From an uncultured Planctomycetaceae bacterium (GTDB taxonomy: Bacteria; Planctomycetota; Planctomycetia; Isosphaerales; Isosphaeraceae), in assembly GCA_963813575.1 (NCBI GenBank), contig CAWFAF010000062.1, forward strand, positions 166,862 to 230,861: 64,000 nt of DNA. The letters are read 5' to 3'. Made by a program: the position numbers and the translations under genes. Positions 12,995 through 23,291 of this stretch are shown piece by piece; the first letter of the stretch is position 1, and every line of letters begins with the position of its first letter. The notes beneath the pieces were generated by a model. It saw only the letters and a program-made list of their open reading frames with translations. It made no database searches and had not been told where the DNA came from.

Positions 12995-13447
12995 GGTTCG
13001 GGTCATCCACCGGCAGGCCCTCGGCGGTGGCGGCGGCGTTCAGTTCCTGGTCGGCGGAGATCAGGGTGATGCCGGACAGGCCCAGGGCAAGCCGGCGGCC
13101 CTGAACCTCCCTGCGACGGCGAGCTGCACCGAGTCATAGGCCCGCAGCCCGTGGCTTTCAGCAAGGGTTTCGGCGTCGGCCAGCAGGGCGGGCGTGACCT
13201 CGACGATGTTGTACTGGTGGGCTGCGTCGTGGCGGAACTGGGCGAGAATGGCCGGGGCGGACACTCCGGCGAGCATGCCACCGCGGCTGCGACGAGCGAT
13301 GGCGGCGGTGACCTCGACTCGCGCGATACGGGCCAGGAAAATCTCGTGGGCCGCCACGGGATCGGCCAAGGCCTGGACCCAGGCGCTGCCGATCTCCGGC
13401 ATGTACCGCTTGACAATGCCGCTGGCATCGCAGAAATACGCAGCCAT
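12984..13447 (-). CDS. PIN-domain (VapC-like) toxin (frameshift ~13082)
   Basis: YFCDASGIVKRY, LRAYDSVQLA, then LISADQELNAAA...DDPNRHP* in the shifted frame. Confidence 0.88.
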
Positions 13448-13749
13448 CATCGCCGCTCGCGGATGATCGTTTCCGAAAGCGGCTCGCCCTCGATGGCGAC
13501 CGGCTGGAGCACTGGCCGGGTTCCAGGATCGGCGGCGGTGGGCAGGCTGGTCATGAGGCCGGAGTCAAGCAAGTGCCGCTTGAACTCGGCCTCGGTAGGT
13601 GGCCTGCGGACCGTCGATTCCTGCTCGTGCTCGGCTTGGCGGAAACGCCGGACGGCCTCGGCGATCGCCTCGTCCGGCGAGGCGAAGCGTCCGCACTGCA
13701 CCTGGCTGTGGACGTAGCGTTCGACGTCTTCGGGTAACTGGATCGTCAT
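13447..13749 (-). CDS. Cognate antitoxin (RHH/CopG-like N-terminus)
   Basis: MTIQLPEDVERYV...GRFASPDEAIAEAV; C-terminus GEPLSETIIRERR; stop overlaps the toxin start. Confidence 0.8.
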   Translation of the reverse strand: MTIQLPEDVERYVHSQVQCGRFASPDEAIAEAVRRFRQAEHEQESTVRRPPTEAEFKRHLLDSGLMTSLPTAADPGTRPVLQPVAIEGEPLSETIIRERR

Positions 13750-13870
13750 CGCCCGGTATCTCCTCTGAAATTCAGTTTAGCACAGGGGGCTTCTCGAGAT
13801 CAGACCCTTTTCCAGGGCTTCTTGGGGTCATGCTGAACGGCGTCGGGTCCGTGGGAGAGGAAACGGTTCT

Positions 13871-13906
13871 GCCGCCGGCGCTCTGTCGCTTCGCCTGCAC
13901 GCGGCG
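13871..13906 (-). repeat. Second, shorter duplicate of the thioesterase 3' end
   Basis: GCCGCCGGCGCTCTGTCGCTTCGCCTGCACGCGGCG encodes RRVQAKRQSAGG on the minus strand. Confidence 0.8.
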
Positions 13907-14046
13907 GCCTCCCCATCGTCGCCCCCATGGGGCTGAAGATCCCGGTCAAGTCGCCCATGGATCAAATCCGAGCCAGGCCGCATTGCCCGGCGAGTCGGCG
14001 GCCGAGCCCATCTTGCGGCAAAATCTAGCAAGAAACCCTTTAGCTT

Positions 14047-14676
14047 TTATGCGTCGACGGCATCGGGGATGGAAGCCGCATCCGCGATGTCTGATCCGAT
14101 ACAGGCCACGAGGGTCTTGGACAGGAGGGCCACCAGTTTCTCACCGGATGCGTCCGCGAACGCCTTGGGGCGGAGCACGTCGTGCAGGATCGCGAACCCC
14201 GTGAGGAGCGCGACGATCATGGCAGCTCGGACCGCCGCGTCGTCGCCGCCGATCTGCTCGGCGAGGAGCCGAAGCTCGGTGCGGTTGAGGTCTCGCCGGA
14301 ACAGCTCGACCGCGTGGGGCTCCGTGGCGGAATGCAGCATGAGCAGAATCGGCGTCCGCACCCGGTCCGGAGCGCCCTCCTGCCCGTACACCATGACCCG
14401 GGCGAGATGGTCGGCCAGATCGCCCCGCTTGTCCGGGAGCAGGTGCTTGATGTCGAAGGTGCGCTCGATCACCTCGGAGAAGAGCCCCTCCTTGGAGCCG
14501 AAGTAGCGGTTGACCAGCGCGGCGGTCACCCCGGCGTCGGCGGCGATCTCGCGGACCCCGGCGCGCTCGTAGCCCTGCGTGGCGAAGCGGCGGGTGGCCG
14601 CCTCGAGGATGGCCTGGCGGGTGGCGGCGGCATCGCGCCGCCGTCTCGGGCTGGTACTGGCTCGACGCTCCGGCAT
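14047..14676 (-). CDS. TetR/AcrR-family transcriptional regulator
   Basis: TRQAILEAATRRFATQGYERAGVREIAADAGVTAALVNRYFGSKEGLF helix-turn-helix. Confidence 0.95.
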   Translation of the reverse strand: MPERRASTSPRRRRDAAATRQAILEAATRRFATQGYERAGVREIAADAGVTAALVNRYFGSKEGLFSEVIERTFDIKHLLPDKRGDLADHLARVMVYGQEGAPDRVRTPILLMLHSATEPHAVELFRRDLNRTELRLLAEQIGGDDAAVRAAMIVALLTGFAILHDVLRPKAFADASGEKLVALLSKTLVACIGSDIADAASIPDAVDA

Positions 14677-14711
14677 GTCTCGACCTCCTTCGAATCTTTT
14701 TTTCCTATTCC

Positions 14712-14753
14712 AAGTAAACCGCTGTTGACTTAAAAAGTCAATTGCGATAGGAT
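14712..14753 (+). promoter_or_regulatory. Putative TetR operator overlapping a sigma70 promoter for the DUF3141 operon
   Basis: Imperfect palindrome AAGTAAAC-CGCT-GTTGACTT (14712-14731); TTGACT (14725)-17 bp-TAGGAT (14748). Confidence 0.65.
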
Positions 14754-14896
14754 GAAGCAGTTGCTCGTGACGGGCAATATTGCGGAAGTGGTTAAGGCGG
14801 CCACGTCATGCACCCCCAGGTGTGCGACGCGGCCTTTTTCTTTTCGAATCCGAGAATCGGTGCGGGAATGGACCGCGACCAGCGAGGGCTACCATC

Positions 14897-17095
14897 ATGG
14901 TTAAGACACACGCGTCGAGCTTCCGCAAGCCTCCGCTCGCGTTACTGGAGGCAGGGTCGGAATACCTGGTTGACTCGGTCGAGCGCGCTATCCTGTTCTG
15001 GGACGTGATGCGCAAGCGCGGTGACCTCTTTCTGGAGAATTTCTCCAAGGGCGAACCGCCGGTCTTGATCTTCGGCTATGACGTCCTCATGGATGGCCGC
15101 AAGCTGGAGCACCCGTGCAACTATGCCCTGATGCAGGTCAAGCCGCCAGAAGGGATGGCGATCGATCCCACGAAGCGCCCCGTCGTCGTCGTGGACCCTC
15201 GAGCTGGCCAGGGTCCCGGAGTCGGTGGGTTCAAGCTCGATTCCGAGATCGGATTCGCCTTCCGGGCCGGGCACCCGGTCTACTTCATCGGGTTTTACCC
15301 GGAGCCGGTCCCGGGCCAGACCCTGGAGGACATCGGGGAGGCGGAGTCCCGGTTCCTCGAGGAGGTCATCCGCCGGCACCCTGGGGCCGGCAAGAAGCCA
15401 TTTGTCATCGGCAACTGCCAGGCCGGCTGGGCAGTCGCGGGGCTAGCCGCAGTCCGGCCCGAGTTGACCGGCCCCGTCGCGTTCATCGGTGCGCCACTCT
15501 CCTACTGGGCGGGAGCCGATAGCCAGAACCCGATGCGCTACAACGGTGGAATCTTCGGCGGCACCTGGCCGGGGAGCCTGCTGGCCGACCTGGGCGGCGG
15601 GATCATCGACGGCGCCTGGTTCGTGCAGAACTTCGAGCACCTCGACCCGGCCAACACGTTCTGGAAGAAACCCTACGACCTCTACTGCCGGGTCGACACC
15701 AACGAGCAGCGATTCCTCGACTTCGAGCGCTGGTGGGGCGGTTTCTACCTCATGGGCAAGAAGGAGTTCAAGCAGATCGTCGACAACCTGTTCGCCAGCA
15801 ACCGGCTGGCCCGGGGGATCAAGACGCCGAGGGGGCAGAAAATCGACCTCAAGAACATCACGTCGCCGGTGGTTGTGTTTGCCTCTTGGGGCGACAACAT
15901 CTCGCCGCCCCAGCAGGCGCTCAACTGGATCGAGGACGTCTACGGCCACGAGGACCGGATCGTCGCCATGGGCCGCGTGATCGTGTACCTGCTCGCGGAA
16001 GATGTGGGGCACCTGAGCATCTTCGTCGGAGGCCGGGTCGCGCAGAAGGAGCATCGCGAGCTGATCGGCGTGATGGACATGCTCGACGACCTGCCCCCCG
16101 GCCTGTATGAGATGGTCATCGAGCAGCGGCCCAGGCACGCAGACGCCCTGGACATCGACCGGGATACATACACCGTGCGCTTCGAGACGCGAACCGTGGA
16201 CGACATCCGCGCGCTCAACCCCGACCGCCGCAGCGGAGAGTCGTTGTTCAGCACCGTCAGTGAGGTTTCCGAGATCACTGACCGGCTTTACGAATCGCTG
16301 TTCGGCCCGGTCGTGCGTGCCATGTCAAACGAGACCACGGCGCGACTCTTGCGATTGCTGCACCCGATGCGGGTCCGGCAGTACCTGGTCTCGGGTCTCA
16401 ACCCGTCGCTCGCGGCGCTGCCGGTAATCGCCGAGCAAGTGCGGCAGCACCGGCATCCGGCCTCCGAGGACAACGACTTCCTGGGACTCGAGCACGCCGT
16501 CTCGAAGCAGATTGTCGGCGCCCTGAACTACTATCGCGACCTGCGCGATTCCTGGGTCGAGCAGACGGTCAAGCTCGCCTTCGGCCCGTTGGGCTTTGGA
16601 GCCTTCTTCCCACCCAAGCCGATGCCTGAGGTCCAGGCCGAGAAGGCGGCCGAGGAGCAGGCGAAGGCGGAGCTCGCCGCCCTGCGGGGCGAGCTCGAGC
16701 GGGGCGGCTTCCCCGAGGCGGTCGCCCGGATGCTGATCGCCGTGATGAAGAGGCGAGGCGCCATCGACCGCCGCTCGTTCCTGATTGCCCATGAAATCAG
16801 CGAGCAACAGCCCGGCCTGCCCCCGCTCTCCGAGGCCGACATGCACTCCCTGGTGGCCAAACAGGCATTGCTCATGCAGCTTGAGCCGGAAGCCGCGCTG
16901 AAGGCACTGCCCCGGCTGCTGCCATCGCAGGCCGACCGCAAGCTGGCCGTCGCGCTCGTGGCGAGGGTCATGATGGTGGAGCCAGCGCTATCCGACCCCG
17001 ACTCGCCCGCGGCGAAGATGGTCCAGAAATACCTCGACCTCGATCCGGATTGGCACCTGACCCCGGCCCTGGTGGTGCAAGGGGGGAAGTCATGA
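14897..17095 (+). CDS. DUF3141 alpha/beta-hydrolase (PHA synthase-like)
   Basis: VDPRAGQGPGVGGFK, Cys lipase box GNCQAGW, FLDFERWWGG, SWGDNISPPQQAL, GHLSIFV. Confidence 0.9.
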   Translation: MVKTHASSFRKPPLALLEAGSEYLVDSVERAILFWDVMRKRGDLFLENFSKGEPPVLIFGYDVLMDGRKLEHPCNYALMQVKPPEGMAIDPTKRPVVVVDPRAGQGPGVGGFKLDSEIGFAFRAGHPVYFIGFYPEPVPGQTLEDIGEAESRFLEEVIRRHPGAGKKPFVIGNCQAGWAVAGLAAVRPELTGPVAFIGAPLSYWAGADSQNPMRYNGGIFGGTWPGSLLADLGGGIIDGAWFVQNFEHLDPANTFWKKPYDLYCRVDTNEQRFLDFERWWGGFYLMGKKEFKQIVDNLFASNRLARGIKTPRGQKIDLKNITSPVVVFASWGDNISPPQQALNWIEDVYGHEDRIVAMGRVIVYLLAEDVGHLSIFVGGRVAQKEHRELIGVMDMLDDLPPGLYEMVIEQRPRHADALDIDRDTYTVRFETRTVDDIRALNPDRRSGESLFSTVSEVSEITDRLYESLFGPVVRAMSNETTARLLRLLHPMRVRQYLVSGLNPSLAALPVIAEQVRQHRHPASEDNDFLGLEHAVSKQIVGALNYYRDLRDSWVEQTVKLAFGPLGFGAFFPPKPMPEVQAEKAAEEQAKAELAALRGELERGGFPEAVARMLIAVMKRRGAIDRRSFLIAHEISEQQPGLPPLSEADMHSLVAKQALLMQLEPEAALKALPRLLPSQADRKLAVALVARVMMVEPALSDPDSPAAKMVQKYLDLDPDWHLTPALVVQGGKS

Positions 17096-18491
17096 GCGGA
17101 GACTATCTGGAAAACCGGACCTTCGACGAGATCAAGCTCGGCGACTCCGCCAGCCTCGTCCGCACCCTGACCAAGGATGACATCAGCATCTTCGCCGCGA
17201 TGTCGGGAGATGTGAACCCGGCCCACATGGACGAGGAGTACGCCCGGAGTGACATGTTCCACAAGATCATCGCCCACGGGATGTGGGGCGCGTCGCTCAT
17301 CTCCGCTCTCCTGGGGACGAAGCTTCCCGGCCCCGGCGCCATCTATGCTGGGCAGACGCTGAGCTTCCGGGGGCCCGTCGCGCTGGGCGACCGCATCACC
17401 GTGACGGTCACGGCGAAGGAGAAGGACTCCGAGAAGCACCGCATCACCTTCGATTGCGCGTGTACGAACCAGAAGGGACAGGCTGTCATCACCGGCACCG
17501 CCGTGGTGCTGGCCCCGACGGAGAAGGTGAGGCGTCCGCGCGTCATCCTTCCCCAGGTCCACGTCCACGACCCCGGGGCACGCTTCCGGCAGCTCATCGA
17601 CCTCGTCAAGGGATTGAAGCCGATCCGCACGGCGGTTGTGCACCCGGTTGACCGGAACTCGCTCCTGGGCGCGAATCGACGCCGCCCAGGCCAGCCTGAT
17701 CATCCCCGTCCTGGTCGGCCCCGAGGCGAAGATCCGGGCGGCCGCGGAGGAGGCCGATGTTGATCTTTCGCTGTACGAACTGGTCGCCTGCGAGCACAGC
17801 ACGGCGGCGGCGGTGGCCGCGGTGGCGCTGGCCCGTGGCGGCAAGGTCGAGGCGCTGATGAAGGGAAGCTTGCACACGGACGAACTGATGCACGAGGTCG
17901 TCGCCAAGGACACCGGCCTACGCACGGCCCGCCGGATGAGCCACGTCTTCGCGCTGGACGTCCCCGCGTATCCGCGCCCCTTGTTCCTCACGGACGCCGC
18001 GATCAACGTTGAACCGGACCTGGACGCCAAGCGCGACATCGTGCAGAACGCCATCGACATGACCCGGGCCCTGGGCATCGAGACTCCCAAGGTCGCCATC
18101 CTCTCCTTCGTCGAGACGGTTGACCCGAAATTCCGCTCGACGATGGATGCGGCCGCCCTCTGCAAGATGGCCGACCGCAAGCAGATCACCGGTGGAGTGG
18201 TCGATGGCCCGCTCGCCTTCGACAACGCCGTCTCGGAAGAAGCGGCACGGGCCAAGGGCATCAACTCCGCGGTGGCGGGCCGTGCCGACATCCTCGTCGT
18301 GCCCGACATCGAGGCGGGCAACATGCTCGCCAAGCAGCTCGAATACATGGCCGAGGCCCAGGGGGCGGGCATGGTGCTCGGCGCGGGTGCCGATCGCCCT
18401 GACCAGCCGCGCGGACAAGCCAATGCCCAGGATGGCGTCCTGCGCGATCGCCCTGCTCCTGGCACGCAAGTCGAAAGGGATACGGACATGA
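17092..18491 (+). CDS. Bifunctional MaoC-type enoyl-CoA hydratase / phosphate acetyl(butyryl)transferase (frameshifts ~17670, ~18385)
   Basis: SGDVNPAH, IAHGMWGASLIS; then LMKGSLHT, TDAAINVEP, DGPLAFDNA, IEAGNMLAKQL, LTSRAD. Confidence 0.9.
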
Positions 18492-19705
18492 CGCCTGTCA
18501 TCCCGGTGCTCAACGCCGGCTCCTCCAGCGTCAAGTTCTCGGTCTTCGCGGTCGCCGGGGACGGCCTTCGACTGCTCTTCCACGGGGCACTCGACGGGAT
18601 CGGGACCGCGCCCCATTTCTCCGCCGGGACGCGGCCGGTGCGACGACGGCCGAGGAACGACTGCCTCTCGCGATGATCGCGACCCAGGAAGACGCCGTGC
18701 ATTTTCTTTTCGGCTGGGTGAAGGCCCATAGCGCGGGCCTGGACCCGATCGCCGTCGGCCACCGTGTCGTCCACGGCGGGCCGATTTACGCCGAGCCGGT
18801 CATCGTGGATGACCGGGCACTCGAGGACCTGACCAGCTTCGAGCCGCTCGCCCCCGCGCACCAGCCTCACAACCTCGCCCCGATCCGCGCCCTGGCGAAG
18901 GCACTCCCCGGCTTGCCCCAGGTGGCCTGCTTCGATACGGCCTTCCACCGCACGGCGCCGCTGGTCGCCGAGCTGTACGCACTGCCGCGCAAGTTCTTCG
19001 ATGCCGGCGTGCGCCGATATGGTTTCCACGGCCTGTCGTTCGAGTACATCGTCCAGGCATTTGCGGAGCTAGACCCCGTCGCCGCCATGGGACGGTTGGT
19101 CGTCGCCCACCTGGGCAACGGCTGCAGCATGGCCGCCATCCGCGATGGCAAGAGCCTGGGCAACACGATGGGCTTCACCGGGCTTGACGGGCTGACCATG
19201 GGGACCCGTTGCGGCCAGATCGATCCCGGAGTGCTGATCTACCTGATGCAGCAGCGTGGCCTGAGCATCGACCAGGTCGAGGACCTGTTGTACCAACCGC
19301 TCCGGCCTGAAGGGCCTCTCCGGGGTCTCCAACGATATGCGAGACCTGCTGGAGAGCGACCAGCCCGACGCGCGGCTGGCCGTTGACCATTTCGTCTACC
19401 GGGTCGGACGCGAGCTGGGCTCGCTGACCGCGGCGCTCGGGGGCCTGGACGCGCTCGTGTTCACCGCCGGCATTGGAGAGCACTCCGCCGAGATCCTGCG
19501 GCGGGTCTGCCGCGACGCGAGCTGGCTGGGCATCACGCTGGACGACGAGGCCAACCGCGGGGGTGGCCCGCGGATTTCCAAGGAAGGGTGTTCCCCTTCC
19601 GCCTGGGTCATCCCGACCGACGAAGAACTGATGATCGCCCGACACACCCTCCGGCTCCTCGGGGGCGAGTCCGGCGCGGCAAAGAAAGGAGAGTACGCAC
19701 GATGA
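18488..19705 (+). CDS. ackA: Acetate/propionate kinase (frameshifts ~18625, ~19295)
   Basis: [58 protein letters not shown]. Confidence 0.92.
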
Positions 19706-20480
19706 TCTCACGATTAGACGGCACGCTCGAGGGCCGCAAGGGGCTGGTGCTCGGGATCGCCAACGCCCACTCGATCGCCTACGGCTGCGCCAGGGCCTTT
19801 CGGGCACTGGGAGCCGAGCTGGCAGTCACCTATCTCAATGACAAGGCAAGACCCTACGTCGAGCCTCTCGCACAAGAGCTCCAGGCCCCCATCTTCCTGC
19901 CCTGCGACGTGCAGGACGACGCGCAGGTGGACGGCCTGTTCGCGGCGATTCAGGAGCGTTGGGGCCGGCTCGACTTCGCCCTGCACGCCGTTGCCTTCGC
20001 GCCAAGCCGGACCTCCAGGGCCGGCTGACCGATTCATCGCGCGAGGGATTCTTGATGGCGATGGACGTCTCCTGCCACTCGTTCATTCGGCTGGCGCGGC
20101 GCGCGGAGCCGCTGATGACCGACGGCGGGGCACTCTTGACGCTCAGCTTCGCCGGCGCCGAGAGGGTGGTCCAGAACTACGACCTGATGGGCCCGGTCAA
20201 GGCGGCGCTGGAGTGCGCAGTGCGGTACCTGGCCTACGAGCTGGGTCCGAAAGGCATCCGCGTGCATGCCATCTCCCCGGGCCCAATCCACACCCGCGCG
20301 GCCTCCGGACTGAAGGACTTCGACGCGATCGTCCTTGATGAGCAGCGCAAGGCACCCCTCGGCCGCCTGGCCGAGATCGACGACGTGGGCGCGATGGCCG
20401 CCTACCTGGCAAGCCCGGCGGCGCGCGCGATCACCGGGATGACCATCTACGTGGATGGCGGATATCACATCATGGGCTGA
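19702..20480 (+). CDS. fabI: Enoyl-ACP reductase FabI-like (frameshift ~20000)
   Basis: [52 protein letters not shown]. Confidence 0.88.
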
Positions 20481-20509
20481 CGACGCATCGACGATGCTGA
20501 AGGATTACC

Positions 20510-21162
20510 ATGAAAACAGCACAGCATCTGGATGAATTGGTTGCCCTGATTCCCGATGGGGCGACCCTCATGATCGGGGGATTCTTCGGGGTCGGCTCAC
20601 CGCATCGCCTGATCCAGGGGCTCGCCTCCTCCGGGCGCAAGGAGCTCGTGGTCATTACCAACGATACCGCCTATCCCGGTCGTGGCATCGGCAAGTTGAT
20701 CGAGGCCCACGCGGTGAAACGCCTGGTTGCCTCCCATATCGGGGCCAATCCGGAAACACAGCGGCAGATGCTCGCCGGGGAACTCGAGGTCGAACTCGTG
20801 CCCCAGGGGACGCTTGCCGAGAGGATCCGCGCGGGCGGCTCTGGGCTGGGAGGCGTCTTGACCAGGACCGGTCTAGGGACGGTCGTCGAGCGAGACAAAC
20901 TCACGGTCAAGGTTGATGGGCAAACCTGGCTGCTAGAGAAGCCGCTCCGCGCTGACTTCGCGCTTGTCAATGCCTGGCAGGCCGACTACCTCGGCAACCT
21001 CACGTACCAGCTCACGGCGCAAAACTTCAACCCGGTGATGGCGATGGCAGCCGCGACCGTCATCGTCGAGGCTGATGAAATCGTCCCCGTCGGCACCATC
21101 CCGCCGGACTCGGTCCGGACGCCCGGGACTCTTGTCGATCATCTACTGGAGCGCCCTCATGA
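20510..21162 (+). CDS. 3-oxoacid/acetate CoA-transferase subunit A (stop probably lost to an indel)
   Basis: MIGGFFGVG, SHIGANP, PQGTLAERIRAGG, GNLTY...NFNPVMA. Confidence 0.88.
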
Positions 21163-21164
21163 TC

Positions 21165-21818
21165 ATGTCACCCAAGGAGATCATCGCCCGCAGGGTCGCG
21201 AAGGAGGTGCGGCCTGGCTCGATCGTGAACCTCGGCATCGGCCTGCCGACATTAGTGGCATCCTGCATGCCGCCGGGAGTGATCGCCTACTTCCTCACGG
21301 AGAACGGCCTGATCGGCATCGGTGCGCCGCCCCCACCAGGGATGGAGACCCCGGACCTCACCAATGCCGGGAATGAATATGTCACGGCGGTCCCCGGCGC
21401 ATCCAGTCTCGACAGCACCCTCGCGTTCTGCCTGATCCGGGGCGGGCACCTCGACCTGACCGTCCTCGGCGGCCTTCAGGTTGACGGGCGGGGGTGCCTG
21501 GCCAACTGGATGGTCCCAGGGAAGCTCGTGCCGGGGATGGGCGGGGCGATGGATCTCGTCAACGGCGCCCGGCGCGTGATCGTCGCCATGATCCACACCG
21601 CCAAGGGGGTGGCGAAGATCGTCGAGGAGTGCACGATGCCTCTCACTTCCATCCGCCCGGTGAACCTGGTGGTCACCGAGATGGCCGTGATCGAGCCGAC
21701 CGCCGAGGGGCTCGTGCTGCGCAAGCGCGCGCCGGGGGTCTCGGTCGCCGACGTCGTCGGCGCAACAGCCGCCACACTGATCATCCCGGCGACCGTCCCG
21801 GAGTATATCCTGTCATGA
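21165..21818 (+). CDS. 3-oxoacid CoA-transferase subunit B
   Basis: VNLGIGLPTLV, catalytic TENG, IRGGHLD, GMGGAMDL. Confidence 0.9.
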   Translation: MSPKEIIARRVAKEVRPGSIVNLGIGLPTLVASCMPPGVIAYFLTENGLIGIGAPPPPGMETPDLTNAGNEYVTAVPGASSLDSTLAFCLIRGGHLDLTVLGGLQVDGRGCLANWMVPGKLVPGMGGAMDLVNGARRVIVAMIHTAKGVAKIVEECTMPLTSIRPVNLVVTEMAVIEPTAEGLVLRKRAPGVSVADVVGATAATLIIPATVPEYILS

Positions 21819-21836
21819 ACATCGAGGAACAAAGCC

Positions 21837-22620
21837 ATGTCGCGATTAGACGGTAAGCTCGCCATCGTTACCGGTTCTGCCAGCGGGATCGGCAGGCAGA
21901 TCGCAGTCCGGTTCGCGCGAGGGGGCGAAGGTCGCCGTCGCCGACCTCGATCTGGGCCGGGCCCAGGAGGTCGCGAGCGAGATCACGTTCGGCGGCGGCA
22001 TCGCGACGGCGGTCGCGATGGACGTCGCCGACGAGGTACAGGTCAAGGCCGGCGTGGACGAGGTCGCCGCTCGATTCGGCGGCATCGACATCCTGGTCAG
22101 CAACGCCGGGATCCAGCACATCGCCCCGCTCGTCAACCTCCGCTCGGCGACTGGCGGAAGATGCTGGCCGTGCACCTCGACGGTGCTTTTCTCACCACCC
22201 AGGCCTGTCTTCGACACATGATCCGACAGGGCCGGGGCGGTAGCGTCGTTTACATCGGTTCGGTCCACTCGGTCGAGGCCTCTCCCCTGAAGGCACCCTA
22301 CGTCACGGCGAAGCACGGCCTGATCGGGCTCGCCCGGCTGGTCGCCAAGGAAGGGGCCGTTCACGGCATCCGGGCCAACGTGATCTGCCCGGGCTTCGTC
22401 CGCACGCCCATTGGTCGATCGGCAAATCCCGGAACAGGCCAGGGAACTGGGCCTGACCGAGGACCAGGTCGTCAAGAAGGTCATGCTGAGGGAGACGGTC
22501 AACGGCGAGTTCACGACGGCGGAGGACATCGCGGAGGTGGCCGTCTTCTTCGCCGCATTCCCCTCGCTGGCATTGACCGGGCAATCGCTCATCGTGAGCC
22601 ACGGGTGGCACATGCAGTGA
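21837..22620 (+). CDS. bdhA: 3-hydroxybutyrate dehydrogenase (SDR; frameshifts)
   Basis: [59 protein letters not shown]. Confidence 0.88.
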
Positions 22621-22685
22621 CGCACGACCGCTCGGCGCCTAGAATCGTCTGTCTGCTTCATCGACGTCAGGTTTTCGAGGCCATC

Positions 22686-23291
22686 ATGATCAGCACCCAA
22701 TACACCACGGAAGACTTGAAGAAGCTCCCGCTCCGGGCCATCGTCGCCTTCGCGGCGCGGTGCGCGAAGAGGGTCGAGCCGTTCGCCCAATTCGCCGCGG
22801 GCCACCCGCAACAAGAGGCCCGTCGCGTGGCCGTCGACGATGCCATCCGGATTGCCGAGGAGGTCTCGAGGGGCTCGGCCTGCGCCTCCATCGATCCGGT
22901 GGTCCAGGCCCTCGAATCGACTCGAGCCATCTCGGGCGTCGGGATCGGGTGCGAGAGCGCCGCGTCGGCGGCCGCGGCCGCCGCCCGTACCGCGGCAACC
23001 GTCTGGCTCATGCTCAACCCCGGGGAGAGCGATCGAGACGCAGACCGATGGACGCATACGCCCGAGGCTCGCAGCTATCGCTCCCATCTGGGGAACGTGA
23101 CGGCCGACATCGTCGCGCTGGACGCCTTCACGGTCGCGGTCGAGGCGGCCAACGCGGTCGCCTTTGACGACACCTTCATGCGCGGGGCCATCCGGGATTA
23201 TGAGAGGCTCCTCGGCCTCCATCTGGGCGCCTATCCCCAGGCCGGACCGCCTATCGACCCCTCGCCCGATGGCCCGCTCGGGCCGCTGTAA
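22686..23291 (+). CDS. Hypothetical Ala-rich helical protein
   Basis: GAGG upstream, ATG at 22686, [17 protein letters not shown]; stop TAA lies inside the IS66-like terminus. Confidence 0.65.
   Translation: MISTQYTTEDLKKLPLRAIVAFAARCAKRVEPFAQFAAGHPQQEARRVAVDDAIRIAEEVSRGSACASIDPVVQALESTRAISGVGIGCESAASAAAAAARTAATVWLMLNPGESDRDADRWTHTPEARSYRSHLGNVTADIVALDAFTVAVEAANAVAFDDTFMRGAIRDYERLLGLHLGAYPQAGPPIDPSPDGPLGPL

Noticed and set aside
14725-14741. TTGACTT-AAA-AAGTCAA palindrome as an FNR/CRP box for the DUF3141 operon
   Set aside because: Spacing is TTGAC-N7-GTCAA, not TTGAT-N4-ATCAA; better explained as overlapping divergent -35 elements or the operator.
16531-19029. 832-aa minus-strand ORF and many similar long antisense ORFs
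   Set aside because: Shadow ORFs of well-supported genes in high-GC DNA; no recognisable motifs.
21837-23291. 484-aa ORF as an SDR-hypothetical fusion
   Set aside because: Artefact of indels in bdhA, which has its own end at 22620; the second gene has its own RBS and ATG at 22686.
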